This document shows, piece by piece, positions 43,619-51,470 of a stretch of DNA of 61,724 nt (position 1 is the first letter of the stretch; each line of letters begins with the position of its first letter). Below the pieces are notes generated by a model. That model was not told the DNA's origin. It was given only the letters and a program-made list of their open reading frames with translations, and searched no databases. Where the stretch lies: assembly GCA_014729395.1 (NCBI GenBank), contig WJJZ01000004.1, positions 1-61,724 of the forward strand. Reading direction: 5' to 3'. Source of the stretch: Candidatus Magasanikiibacteriota bacterium (GTDB lineage: Bacteria; Patescibacteriota; Patescibacteriia; Magasanikbacterales; UBA922). The translations under genes and the position numbers were made by a program.

Positions 43619-45493
43619 TTATGGTGATAATATGGAAATTGGGTTTGGATCAATTTTCCACCCGGTCGGTATTATTTTATTAATCTTTGCAATTGAGTTT
43701 GGCCAATTTTTTGCGTCAAGTTTTATTAAAAATACATGCCAGTATTTATTTCGATAAAACTTTGGGTGCATTTCAATTGGACCGCTAATCTTAGCATTTT
43801 TTTGTGTTTTTGTCAATTCTCCGCTTATTATATCATACACTTGTTCAGACTCCTGTTTGGAGAGTTGAAAATTAGTGTTGCCATAAAAATATCGGACCAT
43901 ATAGCTATATGGAGGGTAATTTAAGCCTTTTCTTAAATTTAAATCGGTTCTGTAAAATCTATCCGGTTGCTCAAGTGATTTGAATATCAAATGACTTGGA
44001 TTGTGAGTTTGAATGATGAAATTGGATTTTTTATTTTTTTTGTAGTTTATCTTGGCAATTAGATGCCAAATTTTTTCATTTGATAGGTATTCCGGTATAT
44101 TTAGTATTCTATCAATATCCAGAATTACAAACAGAGTTGTTTTTTCCCAATCAATGTAACGCAGGGCTGAAGTGGTCCCTATTATGATCTTCCTCTTTTT
44201 TGTATATAATTTTTTTTCTGAAATTGTACTATCAATGCGTAATATTTTATAATTTTTTTTATTTTTCATTATTTTTTTTATTCTCTTCTCCACATATTGA
44301 ATTGCTTTGCCTTTTAACTTGCCAAGATTTATTTTGCATTGAGGACATTTTATTGGAAGAGTTTTATTTTTTTTACAATATTTACATATAATTTGATTTT
44401 CTTTTTCAATATATATCATTGGCAAGCTGCAATCGGGACATTTTGCCGTATAAGCGCATTTTTCACAATTTAAAGAAGTGGCAAATCCCAATCTGTTAGT
44501 CATCAAAAAAATATCATTTTTGCTATTTTCAATTAGTTCTTCGGTTCTGTATGAGAGTAAATCAAAATTACCCGTTTGTCTTTCTTTGGCTATGTCAAAA
44601 ATACTTGCCTTAATCGGTTCAATTGATAATTTTTTATCTGTTAAAAGATTATAATTGTCTTTATGAATATGGTAGTAGCTTGTACATGATGGCGAAAAAC
44701 TCATGTATTTAATTTTTGTACTAAATTTGTATGCGTAGAGCCGGGCTATGTCTTTGTCATAAAATCTCGGAGTTTGATCCCAGTGTTTGTGATTTTCGTC
44801 ATGTTCATAATCAATTATTATTGACTCCAAATCAAAAAAAGCCAAGAAAATCGCACTGCGTGTTCCGATAATAATATTTTTTTCTCCATTTCTAACCTGT
44901 ATCCACCTATCATATTTCTGTTTATCACCAAGTTCGCTATGCCAAACGACTGTTTGTTTTTGTTTTTCAATCGGTAATAGTCTTCTAATATCATCAATAA
45001 GGTGAATTTCAGGTACAAGTATGAGGGTTTGGCCTTTTATGCAAGACAATAAACATTTTTTATGCTCTTTTTCGTTCTTATAATAACAATAAGAAGATTT
45101 TGATTTTTTTTCTGCAATCTTTGAATTCGAATCATCATTCTGATGTGACTTTAATTCTATCTTTTTCAGTTTATTTTTCTTAAGAGGTAATAAGCTTTTT
45201 TTTAATATGTCTCCCAACGAGGTTTTATATATTAAGCTTAATGATTTATAAAAATTAAGTTGGTTTTTTGTTAAAAAAGGTTCTGAACTTACAATGGATT
45301 TTATTTGCTTGGTTTTTCCGTATTTTTGTTTTATATCTACAGCCAAAACAAGTCCGAAGATTTCGGACTTGCGAAAAGGAATTATCACCATCTGGCCAAC
45401 ATGAATTTTTTTTGTTAATTCTTTTGGTACAGAGTAATCAAATTCACTTACCTTAGCCGGTAGGCGTTTTATTGGAGCGACTTTGATAATCAT
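43619..45493 (-). CDS. priA: PriA-like primosomal protein N' with degenerate helicase motifs
   Basis: N-terminal 'FDYSVP..L......G..V.IPF', 'LILVPEI', 'IIIGTRSAIF', a four-CxxC zinc region 'CEKCAYTAKCPDCS...CKYCKK...CPQCK', and 'IIQTHNPSH'. The Walker A 'G.TGSGKT' and motif VI 'GRAGR' are absent. Confidence 0.8.
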   Translation of the reverse strand: MIIKVAPIKRLPAKVSEFDYSVPKELTKKIHVGQMVIIPFRKSEIFGLVLAVDIKQKYGKTKQIKSIVSSEPFLTKNQLNFYKSLSLIYKTSLGDILKKSLLPLKKNKLKKIELKSHQNDDSNSKIAEKKSKSSYCYYKNEKEHKKCLLSCIKGQTLILVPEIHLIDDIRRLLPIEKQKQTVVWHSELGDKQKYDRWIQVRNGEKNIIIGTRSAIFLAFFDLESIIIDYEHDENHKHWDQTPRFYDKDIARLYAYKFSTKIKYMSFSPSCTSYYHIHKDNYNLLTDKKLSIEPIKASIFDIAKERQTGNFDLLSYRTEELIENSKNDIFLMTNRLGFATSLNCEKCAYTAKCPDCSLPMIYIEKENQIICKYCKKNKTLPIKCPQCKINLGKLKGKAIQYVEKRIKKIMKNKKNYKILRIDSTISEKKLYTKKRKIIIGTTSALRYIDWEKTTLFVILDIDRILNIPEYLSNEKIWHLIAKINYKKNKKSNFIIQTHNPSHLIFKSLEQPDRFYRTDLNLRKGLNYPPYSYMVRYFYGNTNFQLSKQESEQVYDIISGELTKTQKNAKISGPIEMHPKFYRNKYWHVFLIKLDAKNWPNSIAKINKIIPTGWKIDPNPISILSP

Positions 45494-46278
45494 AATTCAA
45501 AGTTACCAACCAAATATCCAACTCCAAATGGTCCTTCGTACGAATAGTTTTTAAAACTATAATTAGTGTTTTTCAGTAGACCCAGTAAGGTCACAATTGA
45601 AAGGTAACCGCACTGAGCAGCGTTTTCGACAAAGCCAGGATCCATGTTTGTTATACCGACTGTGTTTTTGGTTTCCAGTAATTCTATAATTTTTTTGTCA
45701 AAATCAGCGCCCACTTGGCTAAAACCTGCCGGAGCATCAGTAGTCAGACCGTGCGATAGATCACCTGACGCGATTACCGCAATTCTGTTATTTGATTTGG
45801 TTATTACTTTTTTAAGTATTTCACCAAATTGAAGATGCTTTTTTGTATTCATTGCACAAAAACCAAGCGGCAGTATTTTTGTATTTTCGATATGTTTTGT
45901 CAGATAAAATAGAGGAACTCCGCTGCCATGATCTAAATTTTCACGACATATCAGTTTAATATTTAAATTGTTCTTATTGGCTTCATCTTCTATCAATTGC
46001 GCGGTCTCCGGAGATCCGGTTAATTCTCTGTTTGTATCAAAATCTCCAAATTCTGAAAAATTTAATTTAAAATTTGGACAGCTGTACGCTGAAAAGTAAT
46101 CGTCAAATTTACTGGCATGTGGAGATATTATCAAAATTAAATCCGGCTTGGCAACGTATAAATCTTTTTCCAATTGTTCCAAAGCCTCTTTTGTTTTTTT
46201 TACCTTTTCTATTTGCTCTTTTCCTATATTGGGTATAAGAAGAGGAGGGTGGGGGGTAATGGCAGCAAAAACTAGCAT
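45490..46278 (-). CDS. class III extradiol dioxygenase subunit B-like / Memo-family protein
   Basis: 'AAITPHPPLLIP', 'ISPH', 'LDHGSGVPL', 'ASGDLSH'. It overlaps the priA start by 4 nt. Confidence 0.7.
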   Translation of the reverse strand: MLVFAAITPHPPLLIPNIGKEQIEKVKKTKEALEQLEKDLYVAKPDLILIISPHASKFDDYFSAYSCPNFKLNFSEFGDFDTNRELTGSPETAQLIEDEANKNNLNIKLICRENLDHGSGVPLFYLTKHIENTKILPLGFCAMNTKKHLQFGEILKKVITKSNNRIAVIASGDLSHGLTTDAPAGFSQVGADFDKKIIELLETKNTVGITNMDPGFVENAAQCGYLSIVTLLGLLKNTNYSFKNYSYEGPFGVGYLVGNFEL

Positions 46279-46318
46279 AAAATGAATATTGAATATAGAT
46301 GAATTCCCTGTTTATAAC

Positions 46319-48589
46319 TTAAAATTGCTCGACAACCAATTCCGCCAGACGATTCGGTTCTGCAAATCTATCGTCTTTTGGCATACCCATGTTTATTATT
46401 ACAAATTTTTTACCATCTTCAGGTCTTTCAATCAGCATTATCAAACCAGCTCCGGATTCATATAGATATCCGGTTTTACTGGCTATAATATTATATTTTA
46501 ACCCTTCTTCATTTACCAGGTCATTACTGTGATAGTCATAGTGATGCGGTTTGTCGTCCAAATCCAGAACTTCATCGTATTCATACCCCTTCATAGCCAG
46601 GATATTTTTCAAAGTAACATTATCTATCGCTCTTGTAAATAATGCAAAATATTCACGAGCGGTTGATTTGTTTTCAGTATAAATCCCGGAGGTATCGGCA
46701 AATTTTGTATTATCAAGACCCCATTCCTTTGCTTGTTCGTTCATTCTTCGAACAAAATCACTTTCATTCGGTTCAACTGAATCTACAAGCATGCGAGATG
46801 GAGTGTTTAGGGATGAAATCAACATTGCATACATCAAGTGAATATTTTTTATTTTCTCTCCCACGGTTACTCGGAATGTATGGTAGCTTGCATTATGCTC
46901 CTCAGGGTTATAAGTTGTTACACCGGCGCTTGTTCTCAGGCCTTCTTTTAGTAATCTGTATGCAGTCATGACTTTGGTAAATGAGGCGATAGGTCTTACA
47001 ACATCAACATTTTTTCCCATTAAAATTTCTCCCGAATCATAATCCGCTACCAAATATACGTCGCTTGCGGTATCAAACTTTTCTCCAATATATTGAGTAT
47101 CTTCTTCCGGAGTTTTTTGCATTAGTAAATCCGGATCAAAACTTTGTTTTTCGTCTATAATTGAGCTTTGTCCGGCTACGGTTTGAGTTTGGTCAATATT
47201 ATCATTTAAATCAGACCGAAGGTAGACAGATTGGCCGTTTTCATGTGCCATTCCGGCAAATTGGTTTACCCAGACAATATTCTCCCATTTATAGCCGAGA
47301 CCATTATATACATCTTCGGAAGCGATATGTCTTTTGCGACCGTTTTCAACCACATATATTCTATTTGAACCTTCTATACCAAACAAAGTACCATCTTTTA
47401 ATAAAAGCGGGTCTCCGTGTTCAAATTCATTCATTTCCTCTGCAGGGATAGAGCTAATTTCCATGTTGGGAAAATTATTTTTCGCTACCGCTTTATCGAT
47501 TACCGAATGATATTTACCATCTTTTAGAAAAAACATTTCACCTGTCTCATCTAGTTTTACCAGTTTTCCAAGAGGATTTGCTAGGTCAGCGGTAATGGTT
47601 TTTCCCAATTCGAATGGGGCGATGTCGCTTTTATTAACTTCAATGAATTCTTCCGGATGATATCCTAATTTTTTTATAACATCGTAGTTGGCAAAAGGTC
47701 TTAATGTTAGATTATCCAGTAAGTAATATGTAGAGCCGTTTTTCAGTATTGAATAATTGGGGAAGTCAATTTTATCTCCTGTTTCATAACGCCTGATCTC
47801 ATCTTCGCTTACCTCTACGATCAATTTGGGGTCAAATCTGGTTACAAGTGCTGTCATACTCCCAATAGGTCGTTTTTTTGACTCTTCCAATAAATAGACA
47901 ATGGGACTATCTTCGGATTTTATCAAAGATCCGTCCGGGTATATCTGGTCGAACCATTTTTGCCATAATATCCAGAAATTTTGATTTCCATGAATATGAG
48001 GTGTGTAAGTATAGAGAAATGCGGTTGCCAGATTTGTCGGTGATACAAGTTCACCATCGATCAGATAGCTTTGTCCCGATCTCATAATCCATGGTTCGTT
48101 TTTGTAATTATCATAATACCAACGCATAATCCCGGCGGCGTAATCTACTTGGTTCCCAAAACCTTTAAATTTTTGTATAGAAGGGTCGTTCATGCTGCAA
48201 CTGTCGCAGACGCCATATCCGGTTGCCCAATTAAGGGCTTTCTGGGTGGGGTTTTCATTGGTAATAAGACTTTGTTCTTTTTGCAGTTTTACTAAAATGT
48301 ATTTGGGGTTTATTTGGTACTCTCTTGCCGCTTGGTAAATAATGTCGGATGCTAAACGTTGAGTTCCTTCCCAGTCATCGGTTCTATAATTTGATAAATA
48401 ACTTCGGTGATCCAACAAAAAAGCTTGAATATCAGCTCGATCCATTGTACCCCAATCCTGCATTTCTTCATCACTAATAATGAAGTTGGGATTGAATTCC
48501 GTACTGGAATCGGCAAAGACCGAGGCACCGGGGATTGTCATGCCAACAATGACTAAAAAAACTATTAGTTTTGTAGCTAAATTTTTCAT
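46319..48589 (-). CDS. secreted S11-type D-alanyl-D-alanine carboxypeptidase with ~480-aa N-terminal extension
   Basis: Signal peptide, then C-terminal SxxK 'ASFTKVM', SxN 'SSLN' and KTG 'SKTGY'. Confidence 0.8.
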   Translation of the reverse strand: MKNLATKLIVFLVIVGMTIPGASVFADSSTEFNPNFIISDEEMQDWGTMDRADIQAFLLDHRSYLSNYRTDDWEGTQRLASDIIYQAAREYQINPKYILVKLQKEQSLITNENPTQKALNWATGYGVCDSCSMNDPSIQKFKGFGNQVDYAAGIMRWYYDNYKNEPWIMRSGQSYLIDGELVSPTNLATAFLYTYTPHIHGNQNFWILWQKWFDQIYPDGSLIKSEDSPIVYLLEESKKRPIGSMTALVTRFDPKLIVEVSEDEIRRYETGDKIDFPNYSILKNGSTYYLLDNLTLRPFANYDVIKKLGYHPEEFIEVNKSDIAPFELGKTITADLANPLGKLVKLDETGEMFFLKDGKYHSVIDKAVAKNNFPNMEISSIPAEEMNEFEHGDPLLLKDGTLFGIEGSNRIYVVENGRKRHIASEDVYNGLGYKWENIVWVNQFAGMAHENGQSVYLRSDLNDNIDQTQTVAGQSSIIDEKQSFDPDLLMQKTPEEDTQYIGEKFDTASDVYLVADYDSGEILMGKNVDVVRPIASFTKVMTAYRLLKEGLRTSAGVTTYNPEEHNASYHTFRVTVGEKIKNIHLMYAMLISSLNTPSRMLVDSVEPNESDFVRRMNEQAKEWGLDNTKFADTSGIYTENKSTAREYFALFTRAIDNVTLKNILAMKGYEYDEVLDLDDKPHHYDYHSNDLVNEEGLKYNIIASKTGYLYESGAGLIMLIERPEDGKKFVIINMGMPKDDRFAEPNRLAELVVEQF

Positions 48590-48665
48590 ATGAAAGTTAT
48601 TAATTTTGATGTATACATTATATCATAATGGAGAATTACTTAACAATCTCAGCTAAGTATTGTTT

Positions 48666-48694
48666 TTGACATAAAAGCTTTTTTCTTGTATTTT
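48666..48694 (+). promoter_or_regulatory. promoter candidate for the DUF488 cassette
   Basis: TTGACA, 17-nt spacer, TATTTT. Confidence 0.4.
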
Positions 48695-48731
48695 GCATAG
48701 GATTTCGATCTTTACATTTTAGGAGGTAAAT

Positions 48732-49385
48732 ATGGACGAAAAACAACTTGATTTGTTGAGTATCAAACAGGTACAGATGATTCCAAAACTCGAGAAACCG
48801 CCGCATCTTAGGGCTATTTGCAGTATCAGTTGCAGTATGCCCGCCAGACTTTTTTTTGGTATTCTTAAAAAAAATCAGGTTACCATGATTATGGATACCC
48901 GACGGACTCGAGATTATAGAGGGAGGGGTTTTTTTACCAGTGAAGATGATTTTCGTTATCTTTGCAAATGTCATGATCTTGTTTACAAGGTGGTACGGGA
49001 GTTGTCTCCCACAAGAGAGATGAGGGCGACTTTTGCTGATGAATTTAAATTTGTCAAAAAGGCAAAAGATCGAGACCCGATGGCCTGGACTAATTTTTTA
49101 CGTAGTTATGAAGATATTTTACGTAGTGAAAGACCGTTACGACAGGGTAGGGTACATGATCTTCTTTATGGTGAGCATAGAGTAATTGCGATTATCTGTG
49201 CTTGTCAGCACCATGAAGATTGTCATCGTATGTTGGCAACAACTATGATGGCAAGGTATTTACCGGGAGTGGAGTTAAAAATTCTCTATCCTGAAGATAA
49301 AGAGCCCAGGAGGTCTTACCCACGACGATATCGTCTGGAGGATTTTCCACATTTCGGTATCCAGGCCGATCCGCCAAGGAGATAG
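48732..49385 (+). CDS. DUF488-family protein
   Basis: By eye, 'ICSISCS..ARLFFGILKKNQVTMIMDTRR' and 'RVIAIICACQHHEDCHRMLATTMM' fit the DUF488 pattern (I.TIGHS...F...L....I..L.DVR ... ..L.C.E.....CHR..IA). AGGAGG lies 5 nt before the ATG. Confidence 0.65.
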   Translation: MDEKQLDLLSIKQVQMIPKLEKPPHLRAICSISCSMPARLFFGILKKNQVTMIMDTRRTRDYRGRGFFTSEDDFRYLCKCHDLVYKVVRELSPTREMRATFADEFKFVKKAKDRDPMAWTNFLRSYEDILRSERPLRQGRVHDLLYGEHRVIAIICACQHHEDCHRMLATTMMARYLPGVELKILYPEDKEPRRSYPRRYRLEDFPHFGIQADPPRR

Positions 49386-49388
49386 AGA

Positions 49389-50105
49389 ATGAAAGGTATA
49401 ATTCTTTCACATACGAGAATGGGTGCAACCAACTCCGGTTTTTGCACCAACATTCTAGTTGAAGATGGTAATGGAAATCCTATTCAAATAAGGCCCAGAT
49501 CTCTTCCGAACAATAATCTGTTTATTTGCTCATTTGGAATGAATGAAAATCAGATGATGAAGAAGTGGCGGCCTGGCTGTTGGGTGAGACTTCCCAAATT
49601 CAAGTACGTTGTTGGGGAATATCGAAGACCAACACATCCTGAAGATGTAATTTTGGATCACTATGAGGGAGTGGAGGTTGATTTTGAAAAAATAGTGAAG
49701 AAATCATCCTACATTGAATTAATAGAACCTTTTTGCTATAGGGGGATTGATGAACTGTTTCCTGATGTCAGGATTAAGCGGGGTTCTTTTAATAAATGGT
49801 ATGTACCGGGGGGTCTAAATTTAAATCATTCGGTTGGCTATATCTACTCTAAAGAGGTAAAAATATATGTAGATTTTGATAAGTTTCGAGCTAGAATAAC
49901 CGATGAGAATGGCAATATTATCAATGGGCCTCTCAAAGATGAACATTTGCTAAGAAAACTGAAAAAAAAGAAAGAAAAAATCCAACAGAAATCATTGATA
50001 TATAAAAACAAATTGTTAAGGCTGTCTCTCGCAAACCCTTGGAACGAGGGAAATAGAATGGGTGAGTCTCGTTGTTTTGTGATGGTGAGTCATATTGTTA
50101 AGTGA
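49389..50105 (+). CDS. hypothetical protein, translationally coupled to the DUF488 gene
   Basis: 238 aa. AAGGAG sits inside the upstream gene's last codons, 3 nt separate its stop from this start, and the ORF ends in TGA. I have only a weak recollection of a similar 'dual-OB' family ('..IRP...', 'LRLSLANPW....CFVMVSHI'). Confidence 0.6.
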   Translation: MKGIILSHTRMGATNSGFCTNILVEDGNGNPIQIRPRSLPNNNLFICSFGMNENQMMKKWRPGCWVRLPKFKYVVGEYRRPTHPEDVILDHYEGVEVDFEKIVKKSSYIELIEPFCYRGIDELFPDVRIKRGSFNKWYVPGGLNLNHSVGYIYSKEVKIYVDFDKFRARITDENGNIINGPLKDEHLLRKLKKKKEKIQQKSLIYKNKLLRLSLANPWNEGNRMGESRCFVMVSHIVK

Positions 50106-50126
50106 ATAATAGGAGAAGAAATTATA

Positions 50127-50155
50127 AAGAGTCTGAAATAAGGCTCTTTTTTTGC
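50127..50155 (+). terminator. terminator after the cassette
   Basis: AAGAGTC / GGCTCTT stem (one G-U pair), then TTTTTTT. Confidence 0.6.
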
Positions 50156-50189
50156 CTTTTTAATAATACTTTGCTAAAGTTAAGGCAAT

Positions 50190-50894
50190 ATGAAAAAAGG
50201 AAAATTATATATTGTTGCTACGCCAATCGGAAATTTGGACGACATCACAATTCGTGCCATAGACACAATGAAAAGTGTTGATTTTGTAGCTTGCGAAGAT
50301 ACCAGAGTAACCAGAAAAATTTTGAATCATTACAAAATAGAAACACCAACGATTAGTTACCATCAACATAGCGGTGAGTCAAAGATGTTGGAAATTAGAG
50401 ATTTGTTGCTTTCCGGCAAAAATATCGCATTAGTAACGGATGCCGGTACTCCCGGAATTAGTGATCCGGGGAATAAGTTAATCGAGTTCATAGTTCATAG
50501 TTCACAGTTCTCAGACATTGTTCCTGTTCCGGGAGCTTCGGCAGTTACGGCAGCTTTGTCAGTATCAGGATTTCCTACAGACAAGTTTGTATTTATGGGG
50601 TTCCCGCCACATAAAAAAAGAAGAAAACAATTTTTTCAAGAAATTGCAGACAATAAATACACAACGGTTTTTTACGAATCATCGCATAGAATAAAAAAAG
50701 CTCTGCAAAATTTGGCAGAGGTGTTGGTTGAGGAAAGACAGTCCGCCTCCGCTAAAGCTTCGGCGAGACAAGTGTGTGTATGTCGTGAACTTACAAAAAA
50801 ATTTGAGAGCATTTACAGGGGTTCTGTGTCCGAGGTTGTAGGTATGGATATTACAGAAAAAGGGGAGTTCGTAGTTATAGTACGTAGTCAATAA
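50190..50894 (+). CDS. rsmI: 16S rRNA (cytidine1402-2'-O)-methyltransferase
   Basis: 'LYIVATPIGNL.DIT.RA......VD.VACEDTR.T..IL', 'DAGTPGISDPG', 'PGASA'. Confidence 0.9.
   Translation: MKKGKLYIVATPIGNLDDITIRAIDTMKSVDFVACEDTRVTRKILNHYKIETPTISYHQHSGESKMLEIRDLLLSGKNIALVTDAGTPGISDPGNKLIEFIVHSSQFSDIVPVPGASAVTAALSVSGFPTDKFVFMGFPPHKKRRKQFFQEIADNKYTTVFYESSHRIKKALQNLAEVLVEERQSASAKASARQVCVCRELTKKFESIYRGSVSEVVGMDITEKGEFVVIVRSQ
50487..50514. repeat. TTCACAG-family heptamer array (4 units) inside rsmI
   Basis: TTCATAG TTCATAG TTCACAG TTCTCAG, translated in frame as 'FIVHSSQFS'. Confidence 0.85.
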
Positions 50895-50920
50895 TTAACA
50901 AAAAAATATAAAATAAAAAA

Positions 50921-51085
50921 AGCCCGGACTCCAATTCCTTGTGGCTTTTGAGTGGACAGACAGGTTAGCTATATTGGTGAGAAGAATGGGAGCCGGGCGG
51001 ACTAATTTGAATTTTTTTGCCATCCAATCGTGGTTAACCGGCGAAAGGACATTCCGAATGAATATTAAGGCTTTCAAATTAGCTT
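50921..51085. ncRNA. unassigned G+C-rich structured element (two stem domains); strand and identity unresolved
   Basis: Domain 1: GCCCGGACTCC (50922-50932) pairs with GGGAGCCGGGC (50987-50997), with inner CCAAT/ATTGG. Domain 2: CTAATTTGAA (51002-51011) pairs with TTCAAATTAG (51073-51082). Much G+C-richer than other spacers. Confidence 0.35.
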
Positions 51086-51122
51086 ACAGTTAGTATAATG
51101 AAATAAATAATTTTGTAAAGAT

Positions 51123-51467
51123 ATGAAAAAAGAAATTTGGTTTCAAGGACCCAAAAAAGGACCTGAGATTGTTTTCACAGACAATAATATATTGAAAGTT
51201 GATACTCATGATGAGAGAGGGGTTATTGAGCTGGATATTAATGATATTATAGGTGATTATATAAAATATTTAAAAAATGTGAGAAAAATTTACGATGAAG
51301 ACAAAGAATCAACCTATAGAATAAGTGAATCGGTTTTTCAGGAATTATTTGATGAAATGATTAGCCATGTCCGACAGGCAAATAACTTGCATGACATGGA
51401 TTTACCAAAAGAATTCTTAGATAAATTAAAAAGTGATTTTAAATTATTATTTGAAATTGAGAATTAA
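51123..51467 (+). CDS. hypothetical protein (114 aa)
   Basis: ORF ending 3 nt before metG. I recognise no family. Confidence 0.55.
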   Translation: MKKEIWFQGPKKGPEIVFTDNNILKVDTHDERGVIELDINDIIGDYIKYLKNVRKIYDEDKESTYRISESVFQELFDEMISHVRQANNLHDMDLPKEFLDKLKSDFKLLFEIEN

Positions 51468-51470
51468 ATT

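Noticed and set aside
50922-50997. 76-nt closed stem domain as a possible tRNA
   Set aside because: On either strand there is no D-loop GG, no T-loop 'GTTCRANYC' and no proper 7-bp acceptor plus cloverleaf spacing.
50895-51077. 60-aa minus-strand ORF
   Set aside because: It coincides with the G+C-rich paired element. The base-pairing pattern explains the open frame better than coding does.
50921-51085. Canonical transcription-terminating T-box riboswitch for metG
   Set aside because: I cannot build the antiterminator/terminator pair, K-turn or AG bulge. The only U-run lies between the two domains, and a -10 box follows the element. It is kept only as a low-confidence alternative in the finding.
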